Source: Longimicrobiales bacterium
GTDB lineage: Bacteria > Gemmatimonadota > Gemmatimonadetes > Longimicrobiales > Gaopeijiaceae
NCBI GenBank assembly: GCA_965219445.1
Contig: CBDCNQ010000005.1
Coordinates: forward strand, 1,504,001 to 1,568,000
Direction of reading: 5' to 3'
Length of the DNA: 64,000 bases
The notes beneath the pieces were generated by a model. It saw nothing but the letters and a program-made list of their open reading frames with translations. It was not told the origin of the DNA and did no database searches. Position 1 is the stretch's first letter, and the number at the start of each line of letters is the position of its first letter. Positions 28,010-38,320 of this stretch are shown here, piece by piece. A program made the position numbers and the translations under genes.

Positions 28010-28762
28010 GTGAAGATTGAATCCCTTGTCCAATATCTGGACGAGTATCTCTCGATCGACGGGTTCCCCGACTACTCGCCCGCCCAGAACGGCCTTCAGG
28101 TGGACGGACCCGCGGAGGTGCAGCGAGCAGCGGTGGCCGTGGACGCCAGCGAGGCAGTGATCCAGGAGGCTGTGTCCCGGGGCGTGGACATCCTGATCGT
28201 CCACCACGGGCTCTTTTGGGACGAGCAGGCCAAGATGGTTGGTCCACGTTTCCGAAAGCTCCGAGCCCTGATCGAAGGCAAGGTCGCGCTCTATTCGGCG
28301 CACCTGCCCTTGGATGCCCACTCTGAGGTGGGCAACTGTGCAGTACTGTGCCGGGCGTTAGGGTGGAACCCGAAGGAGCGATTCGGAGGCCATCAAGACC
28401 ATGACATCGGGTGGTGGTGTGAAGTCGATTACGAACGAGATGAACTGGTGGAGCACGTCGGTGAGGTGGTGGGTGGTCCGGTAAGGCTCATCCCCGGCGG
28501 CCCCGAGCACGTCTATCGAGTGGGGTTGGTCACCGGCGCCGCTGCGAACCTCATCCCGGAGGCGTTCCGGCAGGGTCTGGATGCGCTCATCACGGGCGAG
28601 GGACCTCACCACACATACCACGACGCCATGGAGTATGGGGTAAATGCTTTGTACGCGGGACATTACGCTACCGAGACATGGGGGGTGAGAGCGTTGGGAG
28701 CTCATCTGGAGGAGCGATTCGAAGTCCAGCAGGAATTCATCGACAGGCCCACCGGCCTTTAG
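28010..28762 (+). CDS. Nif3-like dinuclear metal centre protein (YbgI family)
   Basis: NGLQVDG, IVHHGLFW, HLPLDAH.EVGN, TGE..HH, AGHYATE. Confidence 0.93.
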   Translation: MKIESLVQYLDEYLSIDGFPDYSPAQNGLQVDGPAEVQRAAVAVDASEAVIQEAVSRGVDILIVHHGLFWDEQAKMVGPRFRKLRALIEGKVALYSAHLPLDAHSEVGNCAVLCRALGWNPKERFGGHQDHDIGWWCEVDYERDELVEHVGEVVGGPVRLIPGGPEHVYRVGLVTGAAANLIPEAFRQGLDALITGEGPHHTYHDAMEYGVNALYAGHYATETWGVRALGAHLEERFEVQQEFIDRPTGL

Positions 28763-28879
28763 CCGCCCCACCCGACCTTCTCGGGCACCACCTCTCGGAG
28801 CCCTGTGAGCTTGTCCTGGGTACCGCTCCTGGGTACGATCTTCAGACGCTTTCGCTCAACACGTCTGGGAGGCAACTCC

Positions 28880-31231
28880 ATGCTGCATAGGGTCCTGACG
28901 GGTCCGGGCCTCATCCTTGCCGCCGTTGGCCTTCTGTCGGCCCAGGACGTTCCGACACCCGAGTCCCATTTCGGCCACCAGATCGGCGCTGAGAAGACTC
29001 TGGCCAATTGGACGGAGCTCACGGGGTACTATGAGGTGCTTGCAAACGCGAGCGAGCGAGTGAAGGTCGATACCCTCGGCCTCACGACTATGGGCCAGCC
29101 ATTCGTGATGGTGACGGTTACGAGCGAGGAAAACCAAGATCGTCTCTCCGAGCTTCACGACATCCAGATGCGGCTCGCGGATCCCCGCCGGGTGTCCGGC
29201 GAGGAGGAGCTTCAAGAGCTCATCACTGCGGGGCGCACCGTGGTGCTCATCACGCACGGTATCCACTCGACGGAGGTGGGTGGGTCCCAAAGCGCCGCCC
29301 GGCTCCTTTACCGGTTGGCATCTTCGAATGAAGAGCGAGTTCGCGAGATTCTGGACAACGTCATCCTGCTGGACATTCCGTCCCTGAATCCGGACGGGAC
29401 GGAGTGGGTGGCGGACTGGTACAACGAGTGGCTCGGCACCCGGTACGAGGCTTCGTCCCTTCCCTGGCTCTACCACTACTATGTCGGCCACGACAACAAT
29501 CGGGATTGGTACGCGTTCACGCAAAAGGAGACGCAGCACACGGTGCTCGGGGCCCATAACGCTTGGCACCCGCAAATCGTGCATGACATTCATCAGATGG
29601 GCGGTGGGGGCGCTCGCATCTTCTTTCCGCCCTATATGGATCCGATCGAGCACAATGTCGATCCGGCGATCATCAGTGCCGTGAATATGCTGGGTATGGG
29701 GATGGCCGCCGAGCTCACTGCCCAGGGAAAAAGCGGCGTTGTGACCAATGCCATCTATGATGGCTTCTCCCCGGCCCGGGCCTATCAGCATTATCACGGC
29801 GGTGCTCGCATTCTGTCGGAGACGGCCTCGGCGGGCATCGCGACCTCCGTATACGTCTCGCCTTCGAGCCTCGAGGGGGGACTAGGGTACGACGCCGCGA
29901 CTGCTTCCGTGAACTACCCCGATCCGTGGACCGGCGGGGCGTGGGGTCTGCCGGACATAGTCGATTACATGGAAGCTGGAGCGATGGCTCTGCTCAGCAA
30001 TGCGGCCAAGAATAGAAAATATTGGCTGGAGAACTTCTACCGGATCAACCAGCGAGCGGTGAACGGATGGGACGCGTGGCCCGCCGCGTGGGTCATTCCC
30101 GCCGACCAGGACAACGAGACGGGCCTGGCGTACGTGCTACGGATCTTACGAATGGGCGACGTAGAGGTGTACCGCGCACCGCAGGCCTTCGAGGCCGATG
30201 GGGAGTCGATGCCGCCCGGCACGTACGTGGTTCCGATGAACCAGCCCTACGCGTCCTTTGCCCAGACGCTCCTGGAGGTGCAGCAGTATCCGGACCTGCG
30301 TGAGTATCCCGGCGGTCCACCTCGCCGGCCGTACGATGTGACGGCGCACACGTTGCCACTGCTCATGAACGTTTCGGCCATTGCCGTGGAGGATCTGGAT
30401 GCGAGCGTGGCCGACATATTCGAGTCTGCGCCGATCGAGACACCTGATTTCGTTTTTCGCTTGCCCGAGGCCCTTCAGGGTGCGGCGGCGCCACGGATCG
30501 CTCTTTATAAGTCCTGGCGAGAGCCCATGCAGGCCGGCTGGACGCGCTGGCTTTTCGATCAGTATCAGCTCTCGTACGACACGCTCAGAGACGCCCGTGT
30601 TCGGGCCGGAGATCTCGGCCGCGATTACGACGTGATCCTCTTCCAGGGACAGACCCCGGTATCCATCGCCTCGGGTTTTCGGAGTGGGTTCGTTCCCGAA
30701 CCCTACGTGGGAGGCTTGGGAGGCGAGGGTGAAAGCGCGCTGGACCGCTTCGTACGCGAGGGGGGGCGCATCGTGGCGATCGAGGAGGCGACCGAGTACA
30801 TGACCAATCTCTTCGACCTCGGTGTCTCGAGCGCCGTGGAGAGGCTCGCAGTGACGAACTTTTACATACCCGGATCGATCCTCGAGATGCGTCCGGAGCC
30901 CGGCTACGCGCTGAATGAGGGGCTCCCCGAGTCGCTAGGAGCCTGGTTCTCTCGCGAAAGCAGGGCGTTCGATGTGTCCGATCCCTCCGTTCGGGTCACT
31001 GCTCGATTCAGTGCCGGGAACCCCTTGCGGTCCGGCTGGCTGCTCGGACCGGAGCATGTGGCCGGGAAACCTGCGGTCGTCGAGGTTTCGGTCGGTGAGG
31101 GCTCGCTCGTGCTATTCGGCTTCCAGCCCAATTACCGTGCACAAACGGTGGCAACGTGGCCGATGTTGTTCAACGCGTTGGCTCCTCCTCCGGATCACCG
31201 CCCCGGGCTGGACCTCGGGGATGATGGATGA
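28880..31231 (+). CDS. Secreted M14 zinc carboxypeptidase-like protein with C-terminal GATase-like domain
   Basis: GGGAGG SD, signal peptide, GIHSTEVG, NPDG, DNNRDW, DIHQMG. Confidence 0.88.
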   Translation: MLHRVLTGPGLILAAVGLLSAQDVPTPESHFGHQIGAEKTLANWTELTGYYEVLANASERVKVDTLGLTTMGQPFVMVTVTSEENQDRLSELHDIQMRLADPRRVSGEEELQELITAGRTVVLITHGIHSTEVGGSQSAARLLYRLASSNEERVREILDNVILLDIPSLNPDGTEWVADWYNEWLGTRYEASSLPWLYHYYVGHDNNRDWYAFTQKETQHTVLGAHNAWHPQIVHDIHQMGGGGARIFFPPYMDPIEHNVDPAIISAVNMLGMGMAAELTAQGKSGVVTNAIYDGFSPARAYQHYHGGARILSETASAGIATSVYVSPSSLEGGLGYDAATASVNYPDPWTGGAWGLPDIVDYMEAGAMALLSNAAKNRKYWLENFYRINQRAVNGWDAWPAAWVIPADQDNETGLAYVLRILRMGDVEVYRAPQAFEADGESMPPGTYVVPMNQPYASFAQTLLEVQQYPDLREYPGGPPRRPYDVTAHTLPLLMNVSAIAVEDLDASVADIFESAPIETPDFVFRLPEALQGAAAPRIALYKSWREPMQAGWTRWLFDQYQLSYDTLRDARVRAGDLGRDYDVILFQGQTPVSIASGFRSGFVPEPYVGGLGGEGESALDRFVREGGRIVAIEEATEYMTNLFDLGVSSAVERLAVTNFYIPGSILEMRPEPGYALNEGLPESLGAWFSRESRAFDVSDPSVRVTARFSAGNPLRSGWLLGPEHVAGKPAVVEVSVGEGSLVLFGFQPNYRAQTVATWPMLFNALAPPPDHRPGLDLGDDG

Positions 31232-31977
31232 AGTGCCCGAGTTGCGGTGCGGCTTCCGAGGAGGGACGGTTCTGCTCGAACTGCGGTGCGGCGTTGGCGA
31301 CGCCACAGTGCCCGACGTGTGGACATCAGCCTCCTGCCGGGGCCCGATTCTGTAATCAATGCGGAAACGAGATTGGCGGCTCTCCGAGCCGTCCCGGGGG
31401 CTCAGGAAATCAGGTGGCGTGGTGGATGGCCGGTGCTCTCTCGTTGGGACTGATCTTGGTGTTCGCATATCCCCTGTATGGCCCTGCACGGCAGGCCACG
31501 CCCCCGGTCGCCCCACCCCCAGCGACAGGAGCGGCTGGTGTCGATCTGTCGTCGATGACACCGCGTGAGGCGGCGGATCGCCTTTTCAATCGTGTGATGA
31601 CTGCCGTATCGGCGAATGACTCCACCGAGGTGGCCGGCTTCCTGCCCATGGCCATTCGTGCCCTCGAGCTCGCTGAGCCGTTGGACACCGACGGCAAGTT
31701 CCACCTCGTGCTGCTTCGTCTGACGGGCCAGCTCAACGTGGAGGCCCTGGAGGGTGCGCAGGAGATTCTCTCGGAGCAGCCGAACCATCTGCTCGGGTTG
31801 GCCATGGCCGGGGACGCGTCACTGGCCATGGGTGACAGCGCCAGTGCCCGCGCGTATTACCAGCGCTGGTTGGATGCGTACGAGACCGAGGCGGAGAAGG
31901 ATCTCCTCGAGTACCGGGACCACAGTCCGATGTTTTCGCAAATGCAGAGTACGGCCGAGGCACTGGGACGAAACTGA
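31228..31977 (+). CDS. Double zinc ribbon-TM-helical repeat protein
   Basis: CPSC..CSNC..CPTC..CNQC, TM segment, TPR-like C-terminus; ATGA overlap. Confidence 0.8.
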   Translation: MKCPSCGAASEEGRFCSNCGAALATPQCPTCGHQPPAGARFCNQCGNEIGGSPSRPGGSGNQVAWWMAGALSLGLILVFAYPLYGPARQATPPVAPPPATGAAGVDLSSMTPREAADRLFNRVMTAVSANDSTEVAGFLPMAIRALELAEPLDTDGKFHLVLLRLTGQLNVEALEGAQEILSEQPNHLLGLAMAGDASLAMGDSASARAYYQRWLDAYETEAEKDLLEYRDHSPMFSQMQSTAEALGRN

Positions 31978-33011
31978 ACGACCTGAGCGATCGGGCTCCG
32001 TCGTCAACCGAGCCATCCCGCGTCTTCCTTACGGGGGGATCCGGCTTGCTCGGCTCCCACATCGCCGAGCGCCTACGTGGTGAGGGCCATGAGGTACTGG
32101 CCCTGCACCGGCCAGAGTCCGACACCAGTTTCCTGAAAGAGCTCGGTTGCACGCTCTCCGAGGGAGATCTCGGGGACGACCCCAGCGAGTTGGCCGATCG
32201 GATCGAGGGATGCCGTTGGGCCGTCCACTGTGCCGCACGCGTTTACAGCGGCAAGGACTGGTCTGCGGTTCAGGCCGTCAACGTCGAAGGCACTCGGAAC
32301 GCGCTGGAGGCTGCGGCGCGGGCTGGCGTGCGCCACACGGTGCATGTTTCCTCGGTAGCGGTGTATGGTAAGACGTCTGGCCCCATGGACGGGATGGAGC
32401 CGCTCGATGGGACCATCCGCTCCGACAACCTCTACGGACGGTCCAAGCGGTTGGCTGAGGAGGTCGCCACCGAAATTCATGAGTCGGGCCGAATGGAAGT
32501 GACCATCGTGCGTCCCAGTGCCGTGTACGGCGAGAGGGATCGTCTGTTCGCTCCGAATCTGGCTCGCCTCCTACAGATTCCAGTTGTGCCACTGCTGGGC
32601 CGCGGCGACAATACGGTGCCGGTGGTGTACGCTGGAAACGTGGCGGCAGGTGTGGCCTCGGCGCTGGACGGGAGGGGGTCTGGGAGCGCCTTCAATTTGG
32701 CCATGGATTATCCTCTGACCCAGCGGGAGCTTCTACAGGGACTCGCCCAGGGGCTCGGCCGGTCCCCGATCTTGGTTTCCTTACCGGCGGCACTCGTACG
32801 GGTTGGGGCGCGGTTGGCAGACGGTGCCCGTTTTGTGGTGCCTGGCGTCCACGGGCCGTCTGGAGCGAGGGTAGCGAGACTCGGACTCGGCGATAACCCG
32901 TATTCGTCCCAGCGGGCCCGAGATCGGCTCGGTTGGCGACCTCCCGTAACGCACGAGTCCGCCTTAGATAGGACGGGACGGTGGCTACTCGCCGCCTCGA
33001 CAACGAGGTAA
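31974..33011 (+). CDS. NAD-dependent epimerase/dehydratase, probable CTG start
   Basis: RVFLTGGSGLLG begins upstream of the first canonical start (32046); HVSSVAVYG, YGRSK; CTG at 31974 (CTGA overlap) or 31983. Confidence 0.85.
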   Translation: MNDLSDRAPSSTEPSRVFLTGGSGLLGSHIAERLRGEGHEVLALHRPESDTSFLKELGCTLSEGDLGDDPSELADRIEGCRWAVHCAARVYSGKDWSAVQAVNVEGTRNALEAAARAGVRHTVHVSSVAVYGKTSGPMDGMEPLDGTIRSDNLYGRSKRLAEEVATEIHESGRMEVTIVRPSAVYGERDRLFAPNLARLLQIPVVPLLGRGDNTVPVVYAGNVAAGVASALDGRGSGSAFNLAMDYPLTQRELLQGLAQGLGRSPILVSLPAALVRVGARLADGARFVVPGVHGPSGARVARLGLGDNPYSSQRARDRLGWRPPVTHESALDRTGRWLLAASTTR

Positions 33012-33018
33012 CTGAATC

Positions 33019-33786
33019 GTGACCGAAGACAACGAAAAAGATGGACCCAAGGAGGTTGTTCCGCCTCCCCCATACTCGAAGGAGACGGAGGACGAGCGGT
33101 TTCTTCAGTCCACCGTCGCCGAGTTGCAGGAGAGAGGGCTCTTCCGGGGGGGGAAGGAGTCCTGGCGCGTGTTTCGAATCATGGGCGAGTTCGTCGAGGG
33201 GTTCGACGAACTCAGCGATCTCGGCCGGTGCGTGTCGGTGTTCGGTTCGGCGCGCATGACCCAGGCCGACCCCGTATATGAGCGCTGCGTCGAGACGGTG
33301 CGCCTCCTGGGGGAGGCCGGATACGGGATCATCACCGGGGGTGGCCCCGGGATCATGGAGGCGGCGAATCGCGGCGCCCAGGAGGCCGGCAAGCCGTCAG
33401 TAGGGTGCAACATCGAGTTGCCCTTCGAGCAGGGGGTGAACGAGTTTGTCGATATCGGCATCGACTTCCGCTATTTCTTCGTACGGAAGACGATGTTTGT
33501 GAAATATGCGGAGGCTTTCGTCATCTTTCCGGGGGGATTCGGTACACTCGACGAGCTGTTCGAAGCGCTGACGCTGATTCAGACCAGGAAAGTCAGGAAT
33601 TTTCCGGTCGTCATGTTCGACACGAAGTATTGGGCGGGCCTGATGGATTGGATCGGAGGCACGCTGCTTGAGGAGGGTAAGATCTCCAAGGAGGATCTCG
33701 ACCTGATTTTTCTTACCGATTCCCCCGAAGAGGTGGTTGCCCACGTCGTGTCGTGTCAGCCCCAGCCCAGGCGCTATGGGGCTTAA
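33019..33786 (+). CDS. LOG family (TIGR00730-type) nucleotide phosphoribohydrolase
   Basis: VSVFGSAR, TGGGPGIMEAANRGA, FFVRK, PGGFGTLDELFE. Confidence 0.93.
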   Translation: MTEDNEKDGPKEVVPPPPYSKETEDERFLQSTVAELQERGLFRGGKESWRVFRIMGEFVEGFDELSDLGRCVSVFGSARMTQADPVYERCVETVRLLGEAGYGIITGGGPGIMEAANRGAQEAGKPSVGCNIELPFEQGVNEFVDIGIDFRYFFVRKTMFVKYAEAFVIFPGGFGTLDELFEALTLIQTRKVRNFPVVMFDTKYWAGLMDWIGGTLLEEGKISKEDLDLIFLTDSPEEVVAHVVSCQPQPRRYGA

Positions 33787-33881
33787 TGGGGTTGTGACCG
33801 CCCCCGATCGGCGCTTTCTTTAGGTACCTCCAGGAAAGCCCAACGGGCCCCTCCTCAGACCATCCCAAAGACAGGTATCAG

Positions 33882-34937
33882 GTGCAGAAGACGCTCATGG
33901 AATCCTCCGGGGGCTATGCTCCCGGCAGTAAGGATACCGGTCTGGTCAAGCCCAAAGGGGGCTCGAGCATTCGAGCCCACGAGGGCTTGCAGACTGTGCC
34001 CATACGCGCCCGAAAACCGGAGTGGCTGAAAGTCCGGTCGCCAGGGGGATCGGAGTATCTTCGGCTCAAGGGCCTCATGAGAAGCCAGTCACTCCACACG
34101 GTGTGTGAGGAGGCGGGTTGTCCCAATATCGGAGAGTGTTGGGAGGCCGGCACAGCCACTTTCATGATCCTCGGAGACGTCTGTACCCGCGCGTGTAAGT
34201 ACTGCGCAGTAGCCCATGGGCTCCCGACCGAGCTAGACCTCGAGGAGCCCATCCGCGTCGCCGATACGGTGCGTGCCATGGAGCTGGAACACGTGGTGAT
34301 CACGAGCGTGAATCGGGATGAACTCTCCGACGGGGGTGCCAGCATCTATGCGGAGACCATCAGCCGCATCCACGATGCCGTGCCCGGTTGTTCGGTCGAG
34401 GTACTCATTCCGGACTTCAAGGGCGACGAAGACGCGCTCCGGGTCGTCATGAAGGCCGATCCAGCGATTCTTGGACACAATCTGGAGACGGTCGAAAGAC
34501 TTCACCCGGATGTGCGCCCGGGCGGCCGTTATTGGCGCTCCATCTCCTTCCTCGGGGCGGCCAAGAGGATCGACGCGTCCGTCCTGACGAAAACGGGCCT
34601 GATTCTCGGGATGGGTGAGGAAGCCACTGAGATCCGCCAAGCTATGAGCGATCTTCGCGAGGCGGCGGTCGACATCCTCACGTTAGGCCAGTATCTACGG
34701 CCGTCGATGCAGCACATTCCCGTCGCGCGCTGGGTGACACCTACCGAGTTCGCGGATTGGAAACGCGTGGGTGAGGAGCACTTCGGATTCAAGCATGTAG
34801 AGGCGGGTCCCCTCGTGCGCTCCAGCTATCACGCTAAGGAACAGGCCAGGGAAGTCGAGGCCGGCGCGCCCGGTGTTGAAGGGGATGCTCGAGGAGCCCA
34901 CGGCGATCCTGGTTTAAACCGGCCCGCTTGCTCCTGA
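33882..34937 (+). CDS. lipA: Lipoyl synthase
   Basis: CEEAGCPNIGEC, CTRACKYC, HNLETV, GQYL, RSSYHA. Confidence 0.97.
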   Translation: MQKTLMESSGGYAPGSKDTGLVKPKGGSSIRAHEGLQTVPIRARKPEWLKVRSPGGSEYLRLKGLMRSQSLHTVCEEAGCPNIGECWEAGTATFMILGDVCTRACKYCAVAHGLPTELDLEEPIRVADTVRAMELEHVVITSVNRDELSDGGASIYAETISRIHDAVPGCSVEVLIPDFKGDEDALRVVMKADPAILGHNLETVERLHPDVRPGGRYWRSISFLGAAKRIDASVLTKTGLILGMGEEATEIRQAMSDLREAAVDILTLGQYLRPSMQHIPVARWVTPTEFADWKRVGEEHFGFKHVEAGPLVRSSYHAKEQAREVEAGAPGVEGDARGAHGDPGLNRPACS

Positions 34938-35131
34938 CGCCCTCTCCTGCTCCTGACTCGCTCCCCTGCGTCCTTGGGGGCCGTCGACTCCCCAATTTCC
35001 GGAGGGCGGTGCGGCAAGCTCCTTGTAACCTTAGGTTGCTTTCCTCCCCTCGAGGCAGGGAGTCGCGCAGGTGGCCGATACCGTATCACGCATCCTGAAC
35101 ATTAAGAAGGAAGAATTGTGAGCAGAGCCAA

Positions 35132-36499
35132 GTGAGCACGGCTATCGGGGCTCTACTCAGGCGGGCGGTCGACGTCCGGGAGGACGAAGTCGCGGCAGTG
35201 GGTTGGTCCTTCGTGTACTTCTTCCTCGTCCTCGCGTCCTACTTCGTTCTGCGTCCCATCCGGGACCAGATGGGGGTAGCGGGCGGGGTGGGGAACCTCG
35301 CCTGGCTCTTTAGCGGCACACTCGTGGGGATGCTTCTGCTGCACCCCGTTTTCACATGGCTGGTGTCTCGGTACCCCCGCCGGACCTTCATCTCCTGGAT
35401 CTACCGGGTCTTCATCCTGATGCTCGTCACGTTCTTCCTGCTCTTCACGGTCGCGGACGCGACGCAGAGCATCTGGGTAGGACGGATATTCTTCATCTGG
35501 GTGAGCGTCTTCAACCTGTTCGTCGTATCGGTCTTCTGGTCCTTCATGACCGATACCTATCATCCTTCGCAGGGGAAGCGCCTCTTCGGGTTCATTGCGG
35601 CCGGTGGGACGATCGGGGCTGTCACGGGCTCGTCAATCACCGCGATCCTCGTGGGGATCTTGGGACCGATCAACCTCCTGCTCGTGTCTGCAGCTCTCCT
35701 CGAGCTCGCGGGACGGTCGGCCCTGGCGTTTGAGCGGCACGAGGGCAAGCTGGCGCGGGTGGTGGCCGAGGCGCCGGAGTTCGAGGCGCCTTCGGCTGTC
35801 CCGGTCGACATCGAAACGGAAGAGAAGCAGGACGAGGTCCTCGGTGGCGGCATCCTGGAGGGCGTGGTTGAAGTTGCCCGGTCGCCCTATCTACTTGGAC
35901 TCGCGGCGCTGATCGCGCTCTTCGCGATCGTCTCGACCTTCCTCTATTTCCACCTGATTGCGATCGTTGCGGATGTCATGGCGGGTGACGACGAGGGTCA
36001 GACGCGGCTCTTCGCGGTAATGGAAGTCGTAGTCCAGTCCCTCACCCTCGTCACGCAGGTGTTCCTTACCGGCCGGATCCTCAAGTGGCTCGGTCTGGGG
36101 TTGGCGCTGGCCTTCCTCCCCGTGGTCAGCATTGTCGGCTTCGGGATCCTCGCGACTGCGCCGATCCTGATAGTCGTGGTTGTCTTCCAGGTCCTGCGCC
36201 GCGCCGGCAATTTCGCGATTCAGCGCCCGGCGCGTGAGGTTCTCTACACCGTGATCCCGCGGACCGACAAGTACAAGGCGAAGAACTTCAATGACACCTT
36301 CGTCTACCGCGCCGCCGATCAAGTAGGGGCATGGTCGTACACCGCCATGGGTTGGGTGGGCCTCGGCCTTTCGGGGCTCGCGCTCACGATGCTCCCGGTT
36401 TCCGCGGTGTGGCTGTTTGTCGCCTTCTGGCTCGGGAAGAAGCACAAGGAGTACGGTGCTGCTACCACGGTTCCGGCTGCGACCGTGCCGGCCCCTTAG
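35132..36499 (+). CDS. NTP/NDP exchange transporter-like MFS protein (TLC/NTT family)
   Basis: YFVLRPIRD, FNLFVVSVFWS, RPAREVLYT, KYKAKNF.DT.VYR. Confidence 0.85.
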   Translation: MSTAIGALLRRAVDVREDEVAAVGWSFVYFFLVLASYFVLRPIRDQMGVAGGVGNLAWLFSGTLVGMLLLHPVFTWLVSRYPRRTFISWIYRVFILMLVTFFLLFTVADATQSIWVGRIFFIWVSVFNLFVVSVFWSFMTDTYHPSQGKRLFGFIAAGGTIGAVTGSSITAILVGILGPINLLLVSAALLELAGRSALAFERHEGKLARVVAEAPEFEAPSAVPVDIETEEKQDEVLGGGILEGVVEVARSPYLLGLAALIALFAIVSTFLYFHLIAIVADVMAGDDEGQTRLFAVMEVVVQSLTLVTQVFLTGRILKWLGLGLALAFLPVVSIVGFGILATAPILIVVVVFQVLRRAGNFAIQRPAREVLYTVIPRTDKYKAKNFNDTFVYRAADQVGAWSYTAMGWVGLGLSGLALTMLPVSAVWLFVAFWLGKKHKEYGAATTVPAATVPAP

Positions 36500-38280
36500 A
36501 ACCCGCCCCCCCCACCACCCCCGAAGCCGCCTCCGCTGAACCCCCCTCCCCCGCTGAAGCCTGAGCCTCCGCTGCTTCGCGGCTGCGAACTCATCGCACT
36601 GCCGACGCGGTGGGACATGCCCGCCAGGTCCGTTACGAAGATCGTCGGTCTGAATCGCCGCCCCCGCGGACCGGAGTACCAGTCTGGACGCTTCTTGTAC
36701 ATGTCCTCGAATGCTCGGGCCCACTTCGTCTCCACCTGGAGCGCCATGGCGTGCGGAAGGTACCGCTCGAACATCTCGGGGGAATCGATCATGCGCTTGA
36801 AGTGGTCCGCTTCAACCCGGTCCAGAAACTCTTGAAAACCGAGGACGTGCTCCAATTGGCGGGCGCCCTTTACGGTCCGGACCGGCATGACCATTCCGAA
36901 TCCGATGATGGGAATGGCCGTGAGGACGGCCACCACGATTACCGCGCCTAGCGGAAAGTAGAAAAGCTCGAAGCTCTCTCCAACGAACACCAAGCCCAGC
37001 AGCAGGAACGTGGTCGTCGCGATACCACCGCCCATGTAGGCACTCCGGACCTGGTCCGGGCGATGGTGGTAGAATCCGAGCTTAACAAGTCGGTTGAATA
37101 TGCCTTCCTTGATGTCCCCCATGTGCTTGTAGAACTCGTGCTCCAGATCGTCGAGGTCCACGACCTTGCGGAGCCCTCCCTCGAATAGCCCGCTCATGAG
37201 CTCCCGCTCATGGGGTGTCAGTTCCGACCACTCCTCCGAATCCTTGAGCAGTTCGAACGAATAGGTGTTTCCCTTGAGCCAGGCGACAATGCCCTTTTGC
37301 TCTCTTTCCGCAATCTTTAGATAGCCTCGGACGGCGAGGTCTACGATGGACGCCGTGATGTCGCACATATCGGGGCTGTTGTCGATCAGCGTGCCGATTT
37401 CGGCAGGTGTCATCCCATCGGGCGGCTCGTATTGAGGGGTAACGGCCAGGCGCGAGGGATCCCGTCCCCGAGCGTTCCAAAGACTGTACATGAGGATCAG
37501 GGTCACGATGGGTATGAGGAAGATCCAGTTGGCCCGCAGAAAGCGCACGGTTGAGGCATAAGACGCGGGGCGAGCGATTACACCGGGGGCCCACGCCAGG
37601 GAAACGGTCATGCCTTCGCGCGGGGCGAGGAAGTCCGTCATCACGAAATAGAATCCTGATTCTATTTCTGTAGCAGTGGCATTAGTGGTGGTGCTCGAGC
37701 CGATCGGACCCGTGTAGACCCGAGCCGCGAGGCCCGTCACTTCAGGAGGCACCTGAACGATGGCGGTGGCAGCCTGAATCGGGATCTCCCATTCATCGCC
37801 CGTGACGTTCCAATAGAGCTCGTCGTGGCCGGCCTCGAAGTCACTGTCTTCCGCATCGATAAAGCGAAGGGCATTCTCGACCGAGTATTCGATATGCACC
37901 GTTCGAGCCTCGTCGCTAGCGCCGGGTACCCAAATCTTGACCCTCCTGTACTGTCCTTCCCGGCTCTCCTCATATTCGAGGGGCTGTCCACCCTGGTCCG
38001 AGACCGAGTTCACGTCCAGATCCAGGTTGAAATTGAATCGCTGGGGAGTCTCGTAGCGAACGGGAATATCACGGAAGACCCCGTTCCAGGATCCGGTGAA
38101 GCGGAATCGGATGGCCTCTCTCACCTGAATTCGGCCACTGGGCATCACATTGATCTCAGCGTCGAACTGTTCGATCACGAGCGACCTGGCTTGGCCTGCG
38201 ACCGGTGAGGCAGTAAAGGGATTACCGAGAAGGAATAGCGCGAACACCAGACTAAGGGGGCTGAGGCATCGTCCCATCAT
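36496..38280 (-). CDS. DUF2207 family membrane protein
   Basis: ELYWNVTG..W, DLAVRGY, FERYLP.A.AL, Gly-rich tail; downstream of lemA. Confidence 0.88.
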   Translation of the reverse strand: MMGRCLSPLSLVFALFLLGNPFTASPVAGQARSLVIEQFDAEINVMPSGRIQVREAIRFRFTGSWNGVFRDIPVRYETPQRFNFNLDLDVNSVSDQGGQPLEYEESREGQYRRVKIWVPGASDEARTVHIEYSVENALRFIDAEDSDFEAGHDELYWNVTGDEWEIPIQAATAIVQVPPEVTGLAARVYTGPIGSSTTTNATATEIESGFYFVMTDFLAPREGMTVSLAWAPGVIARPASYASTVRFLRANWIFLIPIVTLILMYSLWNARGRDPSRLAVTPQYEPPDGMTPAEIGTLIDNSPDMCDITASIVDLAVRGYLKIAEREQKGIVAWLKGNTYSFELLKDSEEWSELTPHERELMSGLFEGGLRKVVDLDDLEHEFYKHMGDIKEGIFNRLVKLGFYHHRPDQVRSAYMGGGIATTTFLLLGLVFVGESFELFYFPLGAVIVVAVLTAIPIIGFGMVMPVRTVKGARQLEHVLGFQEFLDRVEADHFKRMIDSPEMFERYLPHAMALQVETKWARAFEDMYKKRPDWYSGPRGRRFRPTIFVTDLAGMSHRVGSAMSSQPRSSGGSGFSGGGGFSGGGFGGGGGGGF

Positions 38281-38320
38281 CGTCCGGAGACCTCCCGTAG
38301 GGGTCGTCAGCTGAGAAGGG

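Noticed and set aside
34920..34990. C-S-TGA at the end of lipA as possible Sec read-through
   Set aside because: LipA is complete before this point, the tail is non-conserved and no convincing downstream coding frame or hairpin is present
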